From assembly GCA_965197475.1 (NCBI GenBank), contig CBDANF010000003.1:1472001-1536000 (forward strand): DNA of 64,000 nt. Reading direction: 5' to 3'. The stretch comes from Candidatus Poribacteria bacterium. Lineage in GTDB: Bacteria; Poribacteria; WGA-4E; WGA-3G. The position numbers and the translations under genes were made by a program. This document shows, in pieces, positions 20,011 to 29,840 of the stretch. The notes below the pieces were generated by a model. It was not told where the DNA came from, searched no databases, and saw nothing but the letters and a program-made list of their open reading frames with translations. Each line of letters opens with the position of its first letter. The first letter of the stretch is position 1.

Positions 20011-20823
20011 TGTTTTTCCTTTGAGGGTATTGGTTAAATAATGATGCAAGAATTAGCGGGATACCCTCTGAACTGCGCTGCATCATATTTCAGTTGCGGT
20101 AATGATAACACTTACTGATATTTCTCAGAATAGTCTTGAACCTAATAATAATCAATAGAAACAAGGTATAGCACCATGAAAATGCGTTTTTGCTGTGTCC
20201 ATTTTCCTTGACTTTTATAGCATGAGATAGCATCCTAATTACAGATTTGAATATAAACAAACATTAGGAGGATATCTCATGCTAACTCAGCTTATCAAAT
20301 CTACCACTTTTTTTCAAGAACTTCTGTCTTCACAGTTTCGGACCTTGAAACAGCATTTTGTTCATACCTTAGTGTTTTTGTCAACCTGCCATCTGTTTGG
20401 GCTCACTAACCCGAATCAAGTGGCGGATGCGTTGTCTATTCCGAAAACGAGGCTATATCGGGAACTGAACACGATGAGTCTTTATCTCTGGCAGCATCTT
20501 TTTGTGCGTATCGGGTGCTATTGCGTTAGAGGTGCTACAGGAGGCAGTATCAAAAAGTGCTGCTTCTCTATCGCGTCTACGTATCGTCATCAGTGTGGAT
20601 GATACCTTTGTTTTCCGCTATGGAGAGGGTCTCGCCTACACATCCAATTGGTGGTCTTCTCAAGCAAAACAGCCGATGAAGGGGCAAAATATATTGGGGA
20701 TCGTCCTAAAGATTGGAAAACGGATCATTCCCCTGAATATGCGACTGATCAGCAAACAAGGACGCGGGAATACGGATAAACCCTCCTGTGTCATCACTAT
20801 GTTCAAGGAAATCTTGTCTTTCT

Positions 20824-21809
20824 GGCTCATGTAAAAAGTAAGTGCTATTTTTTCAAAGTTATGTTAGAGTGTTACCTATGGACTTTCCAATACAATCTCT
20901 CATGGATGAAGAAAAAACTCAAGCGTGGGTGTTGGATCATTTCCACCCTCAAGGGCTGTGTTGCCCAAAATGCCAAGCGAGCGTGGCGGAGGCACGCAAG
21001 TTCCGTCCGACTGAAACAAGTGGTCTACAAGTGTATCGCTGCAAACACTGTGAGAGCATCTACAACCTCTATACCGGGACGGTCTTTGCTGGCACGCAGT
21101 TTCGTCCCTCACAGGTCGTTCTGCTTTTGCGCGGTGTCTGTCAAGGTGTTTCAAGTGCACAACTCGGGTGTGAACTGGGTCTAAGTCGTCAAACCGTTCT
21201 TTCTATAAGACGTAAACTCCAAACTTCGGCAGAGCAGATACAACCCGAAGCTGCTTTACCTGATGCTGAAGTCGAAACAGATGAGATGTTTCAAAACGCC
21301 GGTGAAAAAGGCGATAAGCACGTTGATGCTTCGGATCCGCCGCGTCGGCGTGGCAATAAACGCAGGGGACATGGGACTTATGACAATGATCGTCCGCCTA
21401 TTGTTGGGACGAAAGGTCGCGAAAGCGGTCTCCTGAGATTACGTGTTGTGCGGCACACCGATTCTGCGACGCTTTCAACACACGTTCATCAGTGGACGTT
21501 GCCGACTTCAACGGTGTATACGGATGGTTGGCGTGGCTATAACCGTATTCAGCGCGCCCGTGAGATTGTTCTCCATAAGGATGGCGAGTGGGCAAGAGAC
21601 GCAGACGGTGATGGTCTTTACGAGATCCATACAAGGACGATTGAAGGTGCCTGGACGACGCTGCGAAACTTCCTTCGTCCCTTTCGTGGCGTTCATAAAA
21701 AGTTCCTCGCCGGTTACGTCGCAATCTGTGAGTTCGTCATGAATCTAAAAGCTGTCAGTGTTGATTTTATAGCAAAACTCGTCAAAAGCACTTACTCTTG
21801 ACATGAGCG
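20824..21809 (+). mobile_element. IS1595-family insertion sequence, copy 2
   Basis: Same TIRs as copy 1; 8-bp target duplication GTCTTTCT (20816-20823, 21810-21817); about 4 substitutions versus copy 1 seen by eye. Confidence 0.95.
20878..21801 (+). CDS. IS1595-family transposase
   Basis: Near-identical to 16293-17216. Confidence 0.92.
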   Translation: MDFPIQSLMDEEKTQAWVLDHFHPQGLCCPKCQASVAEARKFRPTETSGLQVYRCKHCESIYNLYTGTVFAGTQFRPSQVVLLLRGVCQGVSSAQLGCELGLSRQTVLSIRRKLQTSAEQIQPEAALPDAEVETDEMFQNAGEKGDKHVDASDPPRRRGNKRRGHGTYDNDRPPIVGTKGRESGLLRLRVVRHTDSATLSTHVHQWTLPTSTVYTDGWRGYNRIQRAREIVLHKDGEWARDADGDGLYEIHTRTIEGAWTTLRNFLRPFRGVHKKFLAGYVAICEFVMNLKAVSVDFIAKLVKSTYS

Positions 21810-22572
21810 GTCTTTCTTTGAAGGGACCGGAATAGATATTCGAAACTATCCGGTCACCTTTGATTCGTGGTATGGTAGCCGCCACTTGATTGACACCTTG
21901 CGAGAAATGGGATTTGAAACGATCCTTGTGCACGGAAAAAGCAACTATGTGATGACGATTGATGAAAAAAGGGCGAAACTCTCGGAACATAAAAAGTCGA
22001 TCCAACTCCTCTCCAATCAATGGGGGTGGGATAAACCGGTCTATCGGACTAAAGCCACAAGTCCAACTTTTGGAAAAGTAGTGGTGTTGTTCTTTGCAGA
22101 CCGTGGCAAAGTCCGAACAATGCTCGTATTCGGGAAACCGCTGCGTGCGTGTGAAATCCTGCGGATATGGTCTCAACACCACGGTATAGAACAGTATTGG
22201 CGGTATCTAAAAACAGACCTAAACCTTGCATCCATGAGCCTAAAAGGACGGAATGGCGCGTATGTGAACTTAGGTGTGAAAGTGATGAGCTACCTTTTGA
22301 TACAGCAGGTCAGTCGCTCCGTGCGAAAAACCTTTCATCAAGGACAACTTGAACTTTCAGGACAGAGGCAGATGCTGTCTGATCTCAGCGAGCATTTTCA
22401 TGAACAAATACCAAGAAAACATTGATAAACATTGACATATGAAGAATTTTGATAAATATCAGACTTATAACGAGAGTTGTCAATGAAAAAATCAGACTGA
22501 TTTTCATTGACTTATATGCCTAAAACTTGTATCCTCATTGAAACAACTCATTTCTACTCACAGGAGGATACC

Positions 22573-23301
22573 ATGAAAGCGTGTCCAAGATGTCAACATA
22601 TTCACTTCGTCAAAAACGGGTTCGTCAACGCAAAACAACGCTATAAATGTCCAAGTTGCCACTATCAATTCACACGCAAAACACCACGAGGTAAACCCCA
22701 GACACATAAAACCCTCGCTCTGCTCTTGGACTGCCACGGTATTTCAATGAATGCTATCTCAAAACTCTTCAACATTCATGTAACAACTGTTCTCAAATGG
22801 GGACGCTCCTATGCGAAAAAACACGCCCCGAAACGGACATTTTCACCCGGATCCACCGTAGTTTTGGAGCTTGATGAAATGTGGCATTATATCGGAAAGA
22901 AGAAAAACAAACTTTGGATATGGAAAGCACTTGACAGGAACACAGGATACCTCATAGATTGGCAATGCGGCGGACGCAACACAGAAACCCTTGAAAAACT
23001 GACGCATCGCCTCAAAGCCTTGAATGTCAAAATGTCCTACACCGACAAGTGGCAGGTGGACGAATCCATCCTACCTGCTTCAAAACATGTTCAAACGAAG
23101 GCGGAGACACATCGCATTGAACGCAACAATTGCTTGATGCGGCACTGGTTCGGCCGGTTCAAACGTCCGTCCATTATTGTTTCAAAAAGTGTGGAGATGG
23201 TGAACCTAACGATTGCCTTGTTCGCACGATTTCGTGTTAATGGAGACGTGTTTGACATTTTAAAACTTGGCGGAATGGAAACCATGAATATCATTAGTTA
23301 G
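22573..23301 (+). CDS. IS1-family transposase (InsA-InsB in one frame)
   Basis: CPRC...KNG...QRYKCPSC zinc finger; LELDEMWHYIGKKKNKLWIW; YTDKW; RIERNN; right end GGCAATACC at 23301-23309. Confidence 0.88.
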   Translation: MKACPRCQHIHFVKNGFVNAKQRYKCPSCHYQFTRKTPRGKPQTHKTLALLLDCHGISMNAISKLFNIHVTTVLKWGRSYAKKHAPKRTFSPGSTVVLELDEMWHYIGKKKNKLWIWKALDRNTGYLIDWQCGGRNTETLEKLTHRLKALNVKMSYTDKWQVDESILPASKHVQTKAETHRIERNNCLMRHWFGRFKRPSIIVSKSVEMVNLTIALFARFRVNGDVFDILKLGGMETMNIIS

Positions 23302-23339
23302 GCAATACCCTCTTTCCTTTATTATGCGTGGTCAAACTT

Positions 23340-23708
23340 TTAATCCCATGGGGTATTCGCACGAATTGGATAAACACCTGGAGGGGGTTCACCTTCCAAT
23401 AGATTAAATTTATCGTGAAAATATTTCTCAATGCCAAGTCTATCAGGTTCTAAATAAACTTGTGCCCACGTAACAAACAAAGTATAGTTTGAATAATTTT
23501 GAATTCGTGAATCTAAACGATGTGCTGCTATCCTCTCTCTAATATTACCTTGTCCAACGTAAACCATTGTTGAGGTGTTTGATGCTGTTATATACCAAAT
23601 AATATAAACACCTTTGAATTCATCATAGTTAGTATGAGATAAATCAACTCTGTTAAGTTCATAATAATGATTGTTGTTGTCTTTAAGATACCAATCAAGT
23701 TGGGGCAT
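23340..23708 (-). CDS. Small GIY-YIG-like nuclease
   Basis: GVYIIW...VYVGQG.IRERI..H...IEKY. Confidence 0.7.
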   Translation of the reverse strand: MPQLDWYLKDNNNHYYELNRVDLSHTNYDEFKGVYIIWYITASNTSTMVYVGQGNIRERIAAHRLDSRIQNYSNYTLFVTWAQVYLEPDRLGIEKYFHDKFNLLEGEPPPGVYPIRANTPWD

Positions 23709-23709
23709 A

Positions 23710-24219
23710 TCAATACTCCTTTTGAGTTGGATATATTCCGAGATGCTGCAATGCATTCGAAACAAATTCTTGTAATTCGATAGTAACTGGATGAATTCCC
23801 GGTCCCGTAGATGGAATGGTTAACAGGGTTAAAATTTCTTGCGTTTCATTTTTACTAATTTTGATTTGCCCTGAAATACGAAAAGTTTCTACAATATAGT
23901 CTGCGTCAGTAGATTCGCGCACACGATAAGTCTCAATCAAAGCTTTTCCTGCTGTCTCCGATACTTGTTCCGAAGTTGCTTTACCTTTTCCTTGTGCTTG
24001 TTCTGTTTGTATCTGTTTTATGCCAGGATGTTGAATAACTTTAACACCAGCACTAATAAGATATTTTTCAATACGATTAGCAAACGTAACTTCACTATAC
24101 GCATAACTTGCGGGGATGACAGTAAAAGTGGGATTTTTTGGCACGTCACGTAAAACAATGAACTCTTTTGATGCACAACTTGTTAGGATTAGCAATAGGA
24201 AAATACACAGTTTTTTCAT
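23710..24219 (-). CDS. Hypothetical lipoprotein
   Basis: MKKLCIFLLLILTSC lipobox; its stop lies 1 bp before the GIY-YIG start. Confidence 0.75.
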   Translation of the reverse strand: MKKLCIFLLLILTSCASKEFIVLRDVPKNPTFTVIPASYAYSEVTFANRIEKYLISAGVKVIQHPGIKQIQTEQAQGKGKATSEQVSETAGKALIETYRVRESTDADYIVETFRISGQIKISKNETQEILTLLTIPSTGPGIHPVTIELQEFVSNALQHLGIYPTQKEY

Positions 24220-24353
24220 AATAGCCCTCTGTTTGTAGTCGCGCAATTCATTGCGTCTCTTTTGTCTGAATCGCGGATTATCACGGATTACACGGATTAT
24301 AGTTGAATATAGCGTTCACTCTACCCAAGCTATAGCCCTTATAATGTGAAACC

Positions 24354-24773
24354 TTATGGTAAGTTAACACGGATCGGAGGGACGTTTGCTGGAAAGCGTT
24401 GATTTAGTACAGGGTGCAGAACTGATCCAAGATACCTTTCAATCCCTTGGTAGGTATCTATAACTTGATCTGTGGATAATGTGAGTGAGACATTCAAAGG
24501 TAATGTTGCCCATGTAGTATACAATTCGCGAGACTTATATCGCTGAAATGTGTTTTTTCTTAGGTGCATTTCAAACCTATCTTTGATCAATCCCGTTCCG
24601 ACATACAAATAGGTTCGGTTAACCTGTGATGCCCAAATGATGTAAACACCGTAGATGCTCGTCTTAGATGGGGTCTGTATGACAAGACGCGGATCATCTA
24701 AGATATTAGAGTCAAATCTACTCCAAGATATATTGAACCGATCTTTTTTCCAGTGTAGTATTATTGTATGCAT
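24354..24773 (-). CDS. Small GIY-YIG-like nuclease (paralog of 23340-23708)
   Basis: GVYIIW...LYVGTG.IKDRF..H...TWA...GIERY...PIRVNLP. Confidence 0.7.
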   Translation of the reverse strand: MHTIILHWKKDRFNISWSRFDSNILDDPRLVIQTPSKTSIYGVYIIWASQVNRTYLYVGTGLIKDRFEMHLRKNTFQRYKSRELYTTWATLPLNVSLTLSTDQVIDTYQGIERYLGSVLHPVLNQRFPANVPPIRVNLP

Positions 24774-24786
24774 AACAGGTTACCTA

Positions 24787-25275
24787 TTACTCTGTTGAAG
24801 ATTGTTCTCCTTCATCTGACTGTTGTAATATTTGTGGTAGTGGTTCTGTGAAGTATTCACCACTTGCTGCGGCTTCTTCACGTCTCCGCTCCCAATCAGC
24901 CAGTTGTTGAGAAATCCTTTCTTCAGCCTCTTTTATGCCCTCGAGTCTTCCAATTGTTCTTTCAATCTCTTTTCTTTCCTTCAATTTTTCAAGAAACCAG
25001 TCGGACAAAAATATGAACACATCAAAACCTCCTATTATAATTGCAGAACCTGCTGTGCCTACAGGAATAAATTGTGAAACTCGTTCCACCCAGTTATCCA
25101 AAGACTGGTGCCCATTCCAACCTTGATCTAATTCATAAATTAGGGTGATATATCCGTACACAAGGAAAGAGATAGAGGCAATAATCAATCCTGAAGTGAC
25201 TTTGTTTTTTTTCCAATAGTTTCTAAATCTTTCCCAATACATAACTTTCAAAATGTCCCAGATACTTGAAGGCAT
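24787..25275 (-). CDS. Two-TM membrane protein with a charged C-terminal tail
   Basis: Two hydrophobic segments; tail WERRREEAAASGEYFTEPLP. Confidence 0.65.
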   Translation of the reverse strand: MPSSIWDILKVMYWERFRNYWKKNKVTSGLIIASISFLVYGYITLIYELDQGWNGHQSLDNWVERVSQFIPVGTAGSAIIIGGFDVFIFLSDWFLEKLKERKEIERTIGRLEGIKEAEERISQQLADWERRREEAAASGEYFTEPLPQILQQSDEGEQSSTE

Positions 25276-25554
25276 TATACCATATAAATAATAAAATATA
25301 CCAACAAAATATGAGGGGTTTTAGCGTCTCCCCGCAGTCCGTAGGTTGGTAGAGCTTGCGAAACCCGACAAAATTATGTTGTAGAATATATCATAGACAA
25401 AAGGTGTCCTCTCCCCGATAATGCTATTAAAGCATAGTACAGATTTAACGAAATGTCAAGCCTTTTTTGCAATCTTGTAATCCTGAGAATCCTGGTTCAG
25501 ACAAACAAGGCGGGGCACAGAGACCCTGCCCTACTACCTTAAGCACGTCTTAGG

Positions 25555-26538
25555 TTAATTGGGTAAGCGAATTCGCTGTCCCGTATGTGCGGATTCGTGC
25601 AATGCGTCAATGACACGCATATTTCCCAGTGCATCTGCAATTGGCAAACGGAGCGGAGTGCCATTTTCTAACGTTTCACATAGATTCAAAATCTCAGCGG
25701 CATAAGGATTCACACCGTTAACACTGACAGTTTCTCCGTTTACGGTGAAGTGCGATTCCCCTTCACCGTTTCCCCATGCCTTTTGAACAAAGAGACTTCC
25801 CTTTGTGCCAGCAACTTCATAGCATTCGCGCCATGTCCAACCGAAACTGCAATCAAATTGTCCGGTGACACCATCACCAAAGTCTAATGTTCCGATGAGG
25901 GTTTCCCAGACATTGTTAAGCGGCTCGTATTTACCTGTAGCCCATGCAGACTGCGGTTCTTGCCCAACAAGGTAACGGATGATGTTGATGCAATAGCATC
26001 CTAAATCCATAACAGCACCGCCACCGAGGTCACCTCTTAAACGCCAATTTTGTCTATCTGTGAGTTGCGTTGAAAAAGTGGAGCGTACGTATCGGACATC
26101 ACCTATTGCACCCTCCTCAATTTTCTGCTTTACAGCTAACGTCAATGGGTGGTGTCGGTACATAAACGCTTCCATCAGATTGATGTTCGCGCGTTCTGTA
26201 ACCTGAATCATCTGTTCAAGTTGTGACGTATTGACAGCAATAGGCTTTTCAACGAGGATTCCCTTAATACCACATCGCACGGCTTCAAGGACATTTTTCA
26301 GATGACTTGAGGGCCACGTGGCAACCACGAGGATATCAGGCTGCTGTTTCTCCAGCATCTGCCGAAGGTCCTTATAGGTATTTTGAACGTTATATTCGGT
26401 AGCAAAGCGCGAAAGTGCCTCAAATTTCTCATCACAAGCACCGACAATCTCAATTTCCGGCACGTTACGCCAAGCGTTTCCGTGCGCGTGTGAGATTCCA
26501 CCGCACCCAACGATTGCCACGCGATATTTTTTCGCCAT
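25555..26538 (-). CDS. Gfo/Idh/MocA-family oxidoreductase
   Basis: VAIVGCGGI, VEKP, GGGAVMDLGCY. Confidence 0.92.
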   Translation of the reverse strand: MAKKYRVAIVGCGGISHAHGNAWRNVPEIEIVGACDEKFEALSRFATEYNVQNTYKDLRQMLEKQQPDILVVATWPSSHLKNVLEAVRCGIKGILVEKPIAVNTSQLEQMIQVTERANINLMEAFMYRHHPLTLAVKQKIEEGAIGDVRYVRSTFSTQLTDRQNWRLRGDLGGGAVMDLGCYCINIIRYLVGQEPQSAWATGKYEPLNNVWETLIGTLDFGDGVTGQFDCSFGWTWRECYEVAGTKGSLFVQKAWGNGEGESHFTVNGETVSVNGVNPYAAEILNLCETLENGTPLRLPIADALGNMRVIDALHESAHTGQRIRLPN

Positions 26539-26548
26539 TATTCTCACC

Positions 26549-27520
26549 TCATAGCGAAGAAATTTGGACAAGCCTATTCTCTTGTCCTGAGAGATTTGCT
26601 GCGAGTGATATTTCAAGTGATTTAACCGCATCGGTATATGGACTCAAAATCTGTGATGCATCACTACTACGGACTGCATTTACAAAAACTTCGTCAATGG
26701 TGGGACCAGGCTCTGTTTTATCCACCCATTCGCCGCCTTCATGGACCGAGACTCTTGCGGGATTCCAATTCAACAATTCACCGTCATATAGGATATCTAA
26801 CACATTCGCATTGTCCCAACCACCCGCATAAGCCCAAGCAGCTGTCATTGAACCGACCGCGCCGTTGGTAAATTGGAGTGTCACACTGTTGCTATCTGGA
26901 CAATCGATCTGTTTCAAAAAACGATTTGCCTGCATCGCGTAGACCGATTCCACATCGCCAATCAGATTACGCATCATATCAATTGTGTGTGTTGCCTGTT
27001 CAACTAATTGACCACCTGACTTGTTCATCTGCCGCAACCAACCTTCAGGATTACCCCGACCGCTGCCGCACCAATACTTGCCGACAACCATGTTAATCGT
27101 CTTTCCTTCAAGAATTTCCTTCGTTATCCGCGTTGAACCGAGATAACGGAGTTGGTATCCGACACAGGTTATCAGTCCCGCTTTTGTCACCGCAGCTTCA
27201 ACTTCACGTGCGATGTCAATGTTGATTGCTACCGGTTTCTCAACGAAGAACGGTAACCCCCGCTCAATCACGTCTAACTCAGGTTGACCGTGTACAAAAA
27301 CGGGTAGACTCAAATAGATAGCGTCCAAGTCATCCCGTTCCAACATTGCGCGATGTTCTGTATATGGATCCGCGTTATGTTTTTCCGCTGCATTTTGCGC
27401 CTTTTGAGGTACAATATCACATATCGCAACGACGTTCGCGCCTTCCATATCAGATAACCGATTCATGTGACCGTTCGCATTGCCACCAGATCCAATAAAA
27501 CCAATTTTAACTTCTTTCAT
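26549..27520 (-). CDS. Gfo/Idh/MocA-family oxidoreductase
   Basis: IGFIGSGG, VEKP, GYQLRY, SGGQLVEQATH. Confidence 0.92.
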   Translation of the reverse strand: MKEVKIGFIGSGGNANGHMNRLSDMEGANVVAICDIVPQKAQNAAEKHNADPYTEHRAMLERDDLDAIYLSLPVFVHGQPELDVIERGLPFFVEKPVAINIDIAREVEAAVTKAGLITCVGYQLRYLGSTRITKEILEGKTINMVVGKYWCGSGRGNPEGWLRQMNKSGGQLVEQATHTIDMMRNLIGDVESVYAMQANRFLKQIDCPDSNSVTLQFTNGAVGSMTAAWAYAGGWDNANVLDILYDGELLNWNPARVSVHEGGEWVDKTEPGPTIDEVFVNAVRSSDASQILSPYTDAVKSLEISLAANLSGQENRLVQISSL

Positions 27521-27615
27521 ATTTTACCTTTCTGTTATTTGAAGTCTATAGGCAAATTCAAAGCTACAGATTATCCGATGTTTTGGATACTGCAGCTTAT
27601 TGCTACGCGCCTTGG

Positions 27616-28830
27616 TTAGCGCGCCTTAAAATTAACTTGTAATGCCTTTTCAATATCTTCACGTGGATGAATCCCATACTGTTCCTCAAAATTCCTGTCA
27701 AATGCAGCTTCTTCGTCCGGATCAGGTTGAATCGGGAGTTGAATCGGTTGCCGATTCTTATGCACAGAACGGTGTGCAGCAATAACCATTTCCTGATCCG
27801 CTCTACCCATTTCTCCGGTCCAAAGCGGTTGTGTGTCTTCTCTAACTGCGCGTCCGATACCATCAAGCATTGCCGCAAGTGAAATACCGCCCTCGGAGAT
27901 TTGGGTGTCTTGATAAGGATTACGCCATTCAATTGTACCGCCAATGGATGGTGGGAGTTCAACAAAGATACGCTGCAGAACCTTATCCTCACCGTATTCT
28001 CTCTGAAATTCGTAAGTTCGTGCCTTTCCTCCGCGTTGGCTAATATCTTCATCTGTGCAAACGTTGACGGTTTCGCTGCCGGAAGCACCTTGGTTGCCAT
28101 TTGTGATAATTGTGCCGCGTTCACCGCACGTCTCAAAACCGACAAGTTTGTTCCGTCCGAGACATCCGTTCTTATTGCCTACCATTGCGATACCGAGTCC
28201 GCCATTGTCAAAATCAACTGCGTAGAATTCAAGACCTTCCCGATTGTAGTCGCGTTTTGCCCGGTCAACATAAGGCACAATAGGCATTGAATGTCCGATG
28301 CTACTTACTGTTGTTGGGGCAGCATTCATCCGACACCGTATTGCGGCAAGTCCATGGTAACCGGTCGTGGAAAACAACCGATAGCACTTATGCACCTTGC
28401 CGATTACATCTTCCTGAATGAGTTTGCAGACAAACTGTTCTACAGGGACAAAGGGAAAGTTCTCGGATGTTTGCAATTTTACACCGTTTTCAGCTGCATC
28501 CGCTATCATCATATCCATCAAACCGAGTGTCGGCGCAAGCGGGGTTTCCACATTATGTGATATACCGCAACGGGACAGGTAACAGGAAACGATATGATGC
28601 AGTGGTGCAGGCACGACAACATCGCAAACATCGGGTGACACTTCGTCAATGAGTTTTCGGACATCGGTATATGCCTTAACGCTGAGTCTTGCTGCGCCTG
28701 TCTCAGCGGATTCCTGATGTGCATCACACACAGCGACGACTTCAAAGGTATCTTTTAGTGCAGCAGCAGTTGACAGATGCGCTGAGCCTCGTCGTCCATG
28801 ACCGATTAATGCATATTTTAAACGTGACAT
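27616..28830 (-). CDS. Gfo/Idh/MocA-family oxidoreductase
   Basis: YALIGHGRRG, VVAVCD, VETP variant. Confidence 0.85.
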   Translation of the reverse strand: MSRLKYALIGHGRRGSAHLSTAAALKDTFEVVAVCDAHQESAETGAARLSVKAYTDVRKLIDEVSPDVCDVVVPAPLHHIVSCYLSRCGISHNVETPLAPTLGLMDMMIADAAENGVKLQTSENFPFVPVEQFVCKLIQEDVIGKVHKCYRLFSTTGYHGLAAIRCRMNAAPTTVSSIGHSMPIVPYVDRAKRDYNREGLEFYAVDFDNGGLGIAMVGNKNGCLGRNKLVGFETCGERGTIITNGNQGASGSETVNVCTDEDISQRGGKARTYEFQREYGEDKVLQRIFVELPPSIGGTIEWRNPYQDTQISEGGISLAAMLDGIGRAVREDTQPLWTGEMGRADQEMVIAAHRSVHKNRQPIQLPIQPDPDEEAAFDRNFEEQYGIHPREDIEKALQVNFKAR

Positions 28831-28900
28831 TTTCTATCAACCTTCTGAGAATTTATCCAAGCACAAAGTCAACACGGAGGTCACAGTCCCACCGTGTTTT

Positions 28901-29623
28901 TCACTCCACAATGAGGATATTCTCACTGCTGTATTTTCCTCTTTCACCATCAATGCTAATCTCGCAGACCAATCTGTATTGACCCGAACTAGTTGGCGTA
29001 TAAGAACATAACCCTCCATCTTTCTTAGTATCTGGAACATCAATCCACGGACTTGTTGTATCTTCTCGCCGTTGCCATTTTGAATAATGAGTGTTGTATG
29101 TCACTCCGTTAATATTCGCACCACCGAGATTGATACAACGCCCTGCTGAGGCAAATAAGAATTGAACTCTGCCGTTTGACACGACGAGTCCTTCTAACGG
29201 TTGATATGGATCAATAGGTTCTTCAGGAGTCTCATCAGGTGGTGGATTATTGATGGAGACCTTAAACGTTACCTGGTTCGCCTCTGCATTGTTCTCGCTG
29301 CTATCATCTGTAGCAGAGACTGTGATGGTTGCAGTTCCCGCTGCTTTACCCGTGATAGTTAGGGATGCCTCATCAACTAAGACAGTAGCAACGCTCGTAT
29401 CGTCAGAAGATGCCCTGATAGTATGTGTGTCATCAACATCCGCATCGGTGATGTTAACCTCCACAGTTCTTTCGTCACCTACATCTAACGTTATATCTGA
29501 AATGGGTTTAATTGTTGGTTGTGTGTTTTCGTCAAGCTCACCCTCACCACAACTGCTGAAAAGAAGTAGTGATATAACCAGCATGATAATTGTGAAAAAT
29601 GAAATTAAGGTTTTACGGTTCAT
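28901..29623 (-). CDS. Lipoprotein with an Ig/cadherin-like domain and an uncharacterised C-terminal domain
   Basis: Lipobox FSSC; NTQPTI...DADVD...GTATITVSATD; C-terminal domain shared with the N-terminus of the 3475-aa protein. Confidence 0.8.
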   Translation of the reverse strand: MNRKTLISFFTIIMLVISLLLFSSCGEGELDENTQPTIKPISDITLDVGDERTVEVNITDADVDDTHTIRASSDDTSVATVLVDEASLTITGKAAGTATITVSATDDSSENNAEANQVTFKVSINNPPPDETPEEPIDPYQPLEGLVVSNGRVQFLFASAGRCINLGGANINGVTYNTHYSKWQRREDTTSPWIDVPDTKKDGGLCSYTPTSSGQYRLVCEISIDGERGKYSSENILIVE

Positions 29624-29664
29624 CTATGTATTCTCCTTGGGTATTCCTTGTAGGAGCAATGAAA

Positions 29665-29830
29665 TTACTTGCGTATCAACATTTTTCGCGTTGCAGTAAA
29701 GTCGCCTGCGGTAAGGGTATAGAAATAGACACCACTTGCAACAGATTCACCAAACTCATTTTTACCATCCCAATACGCCGCACGGCTGCGGCTATGGTAG
29801 ATTCCTGCCGATTGATGTCCAAGTGCCACT
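29665..29830 (-). pseudogene. Orphan 3' fragment of a FlgD/T9SS-like C-terminal domain
   Basis: Manual translation: VALGHQSAGIYHSRSRAAYWDGKNEFGESVASGVYFYTLTAGDFTATRKMLIRK*; no start codon; matches the tails of the 34104 and 44642 genes. Confidence 0.85.
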
Positions 29831-29840
29831 TTAATGCAAT

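Larger units (their letters stand above)
20279..22425 (+). pseudogene. IS701/ISH3-like DDE transposase, frameshifted (~20515) and split by IS1595
   Basis: SVDDT; after removing IS1595 the frame continues FEGTGIDIRNYPVTFDSWYG; HGIEQYWRYLK. Confidence 0.8.
20115..22462 (+). mobile_element. IS701/ISH3-like element interrupted by IS1595
   Basis: Imperfect long TIRs (CTGATATTT...CATGAAAATGC / GCATTTTCATG...AAATATCAG); 5-bp target duplication ACTTA at 20110-20114 and 22463-22467. Confidence 0.75.

Noticed and set aside
27603-28145. 180-aa alternative minus-strand ORF
   Set aside because: Overlaps the Gfo/Idh/MocA gene in another frame and has no motifs
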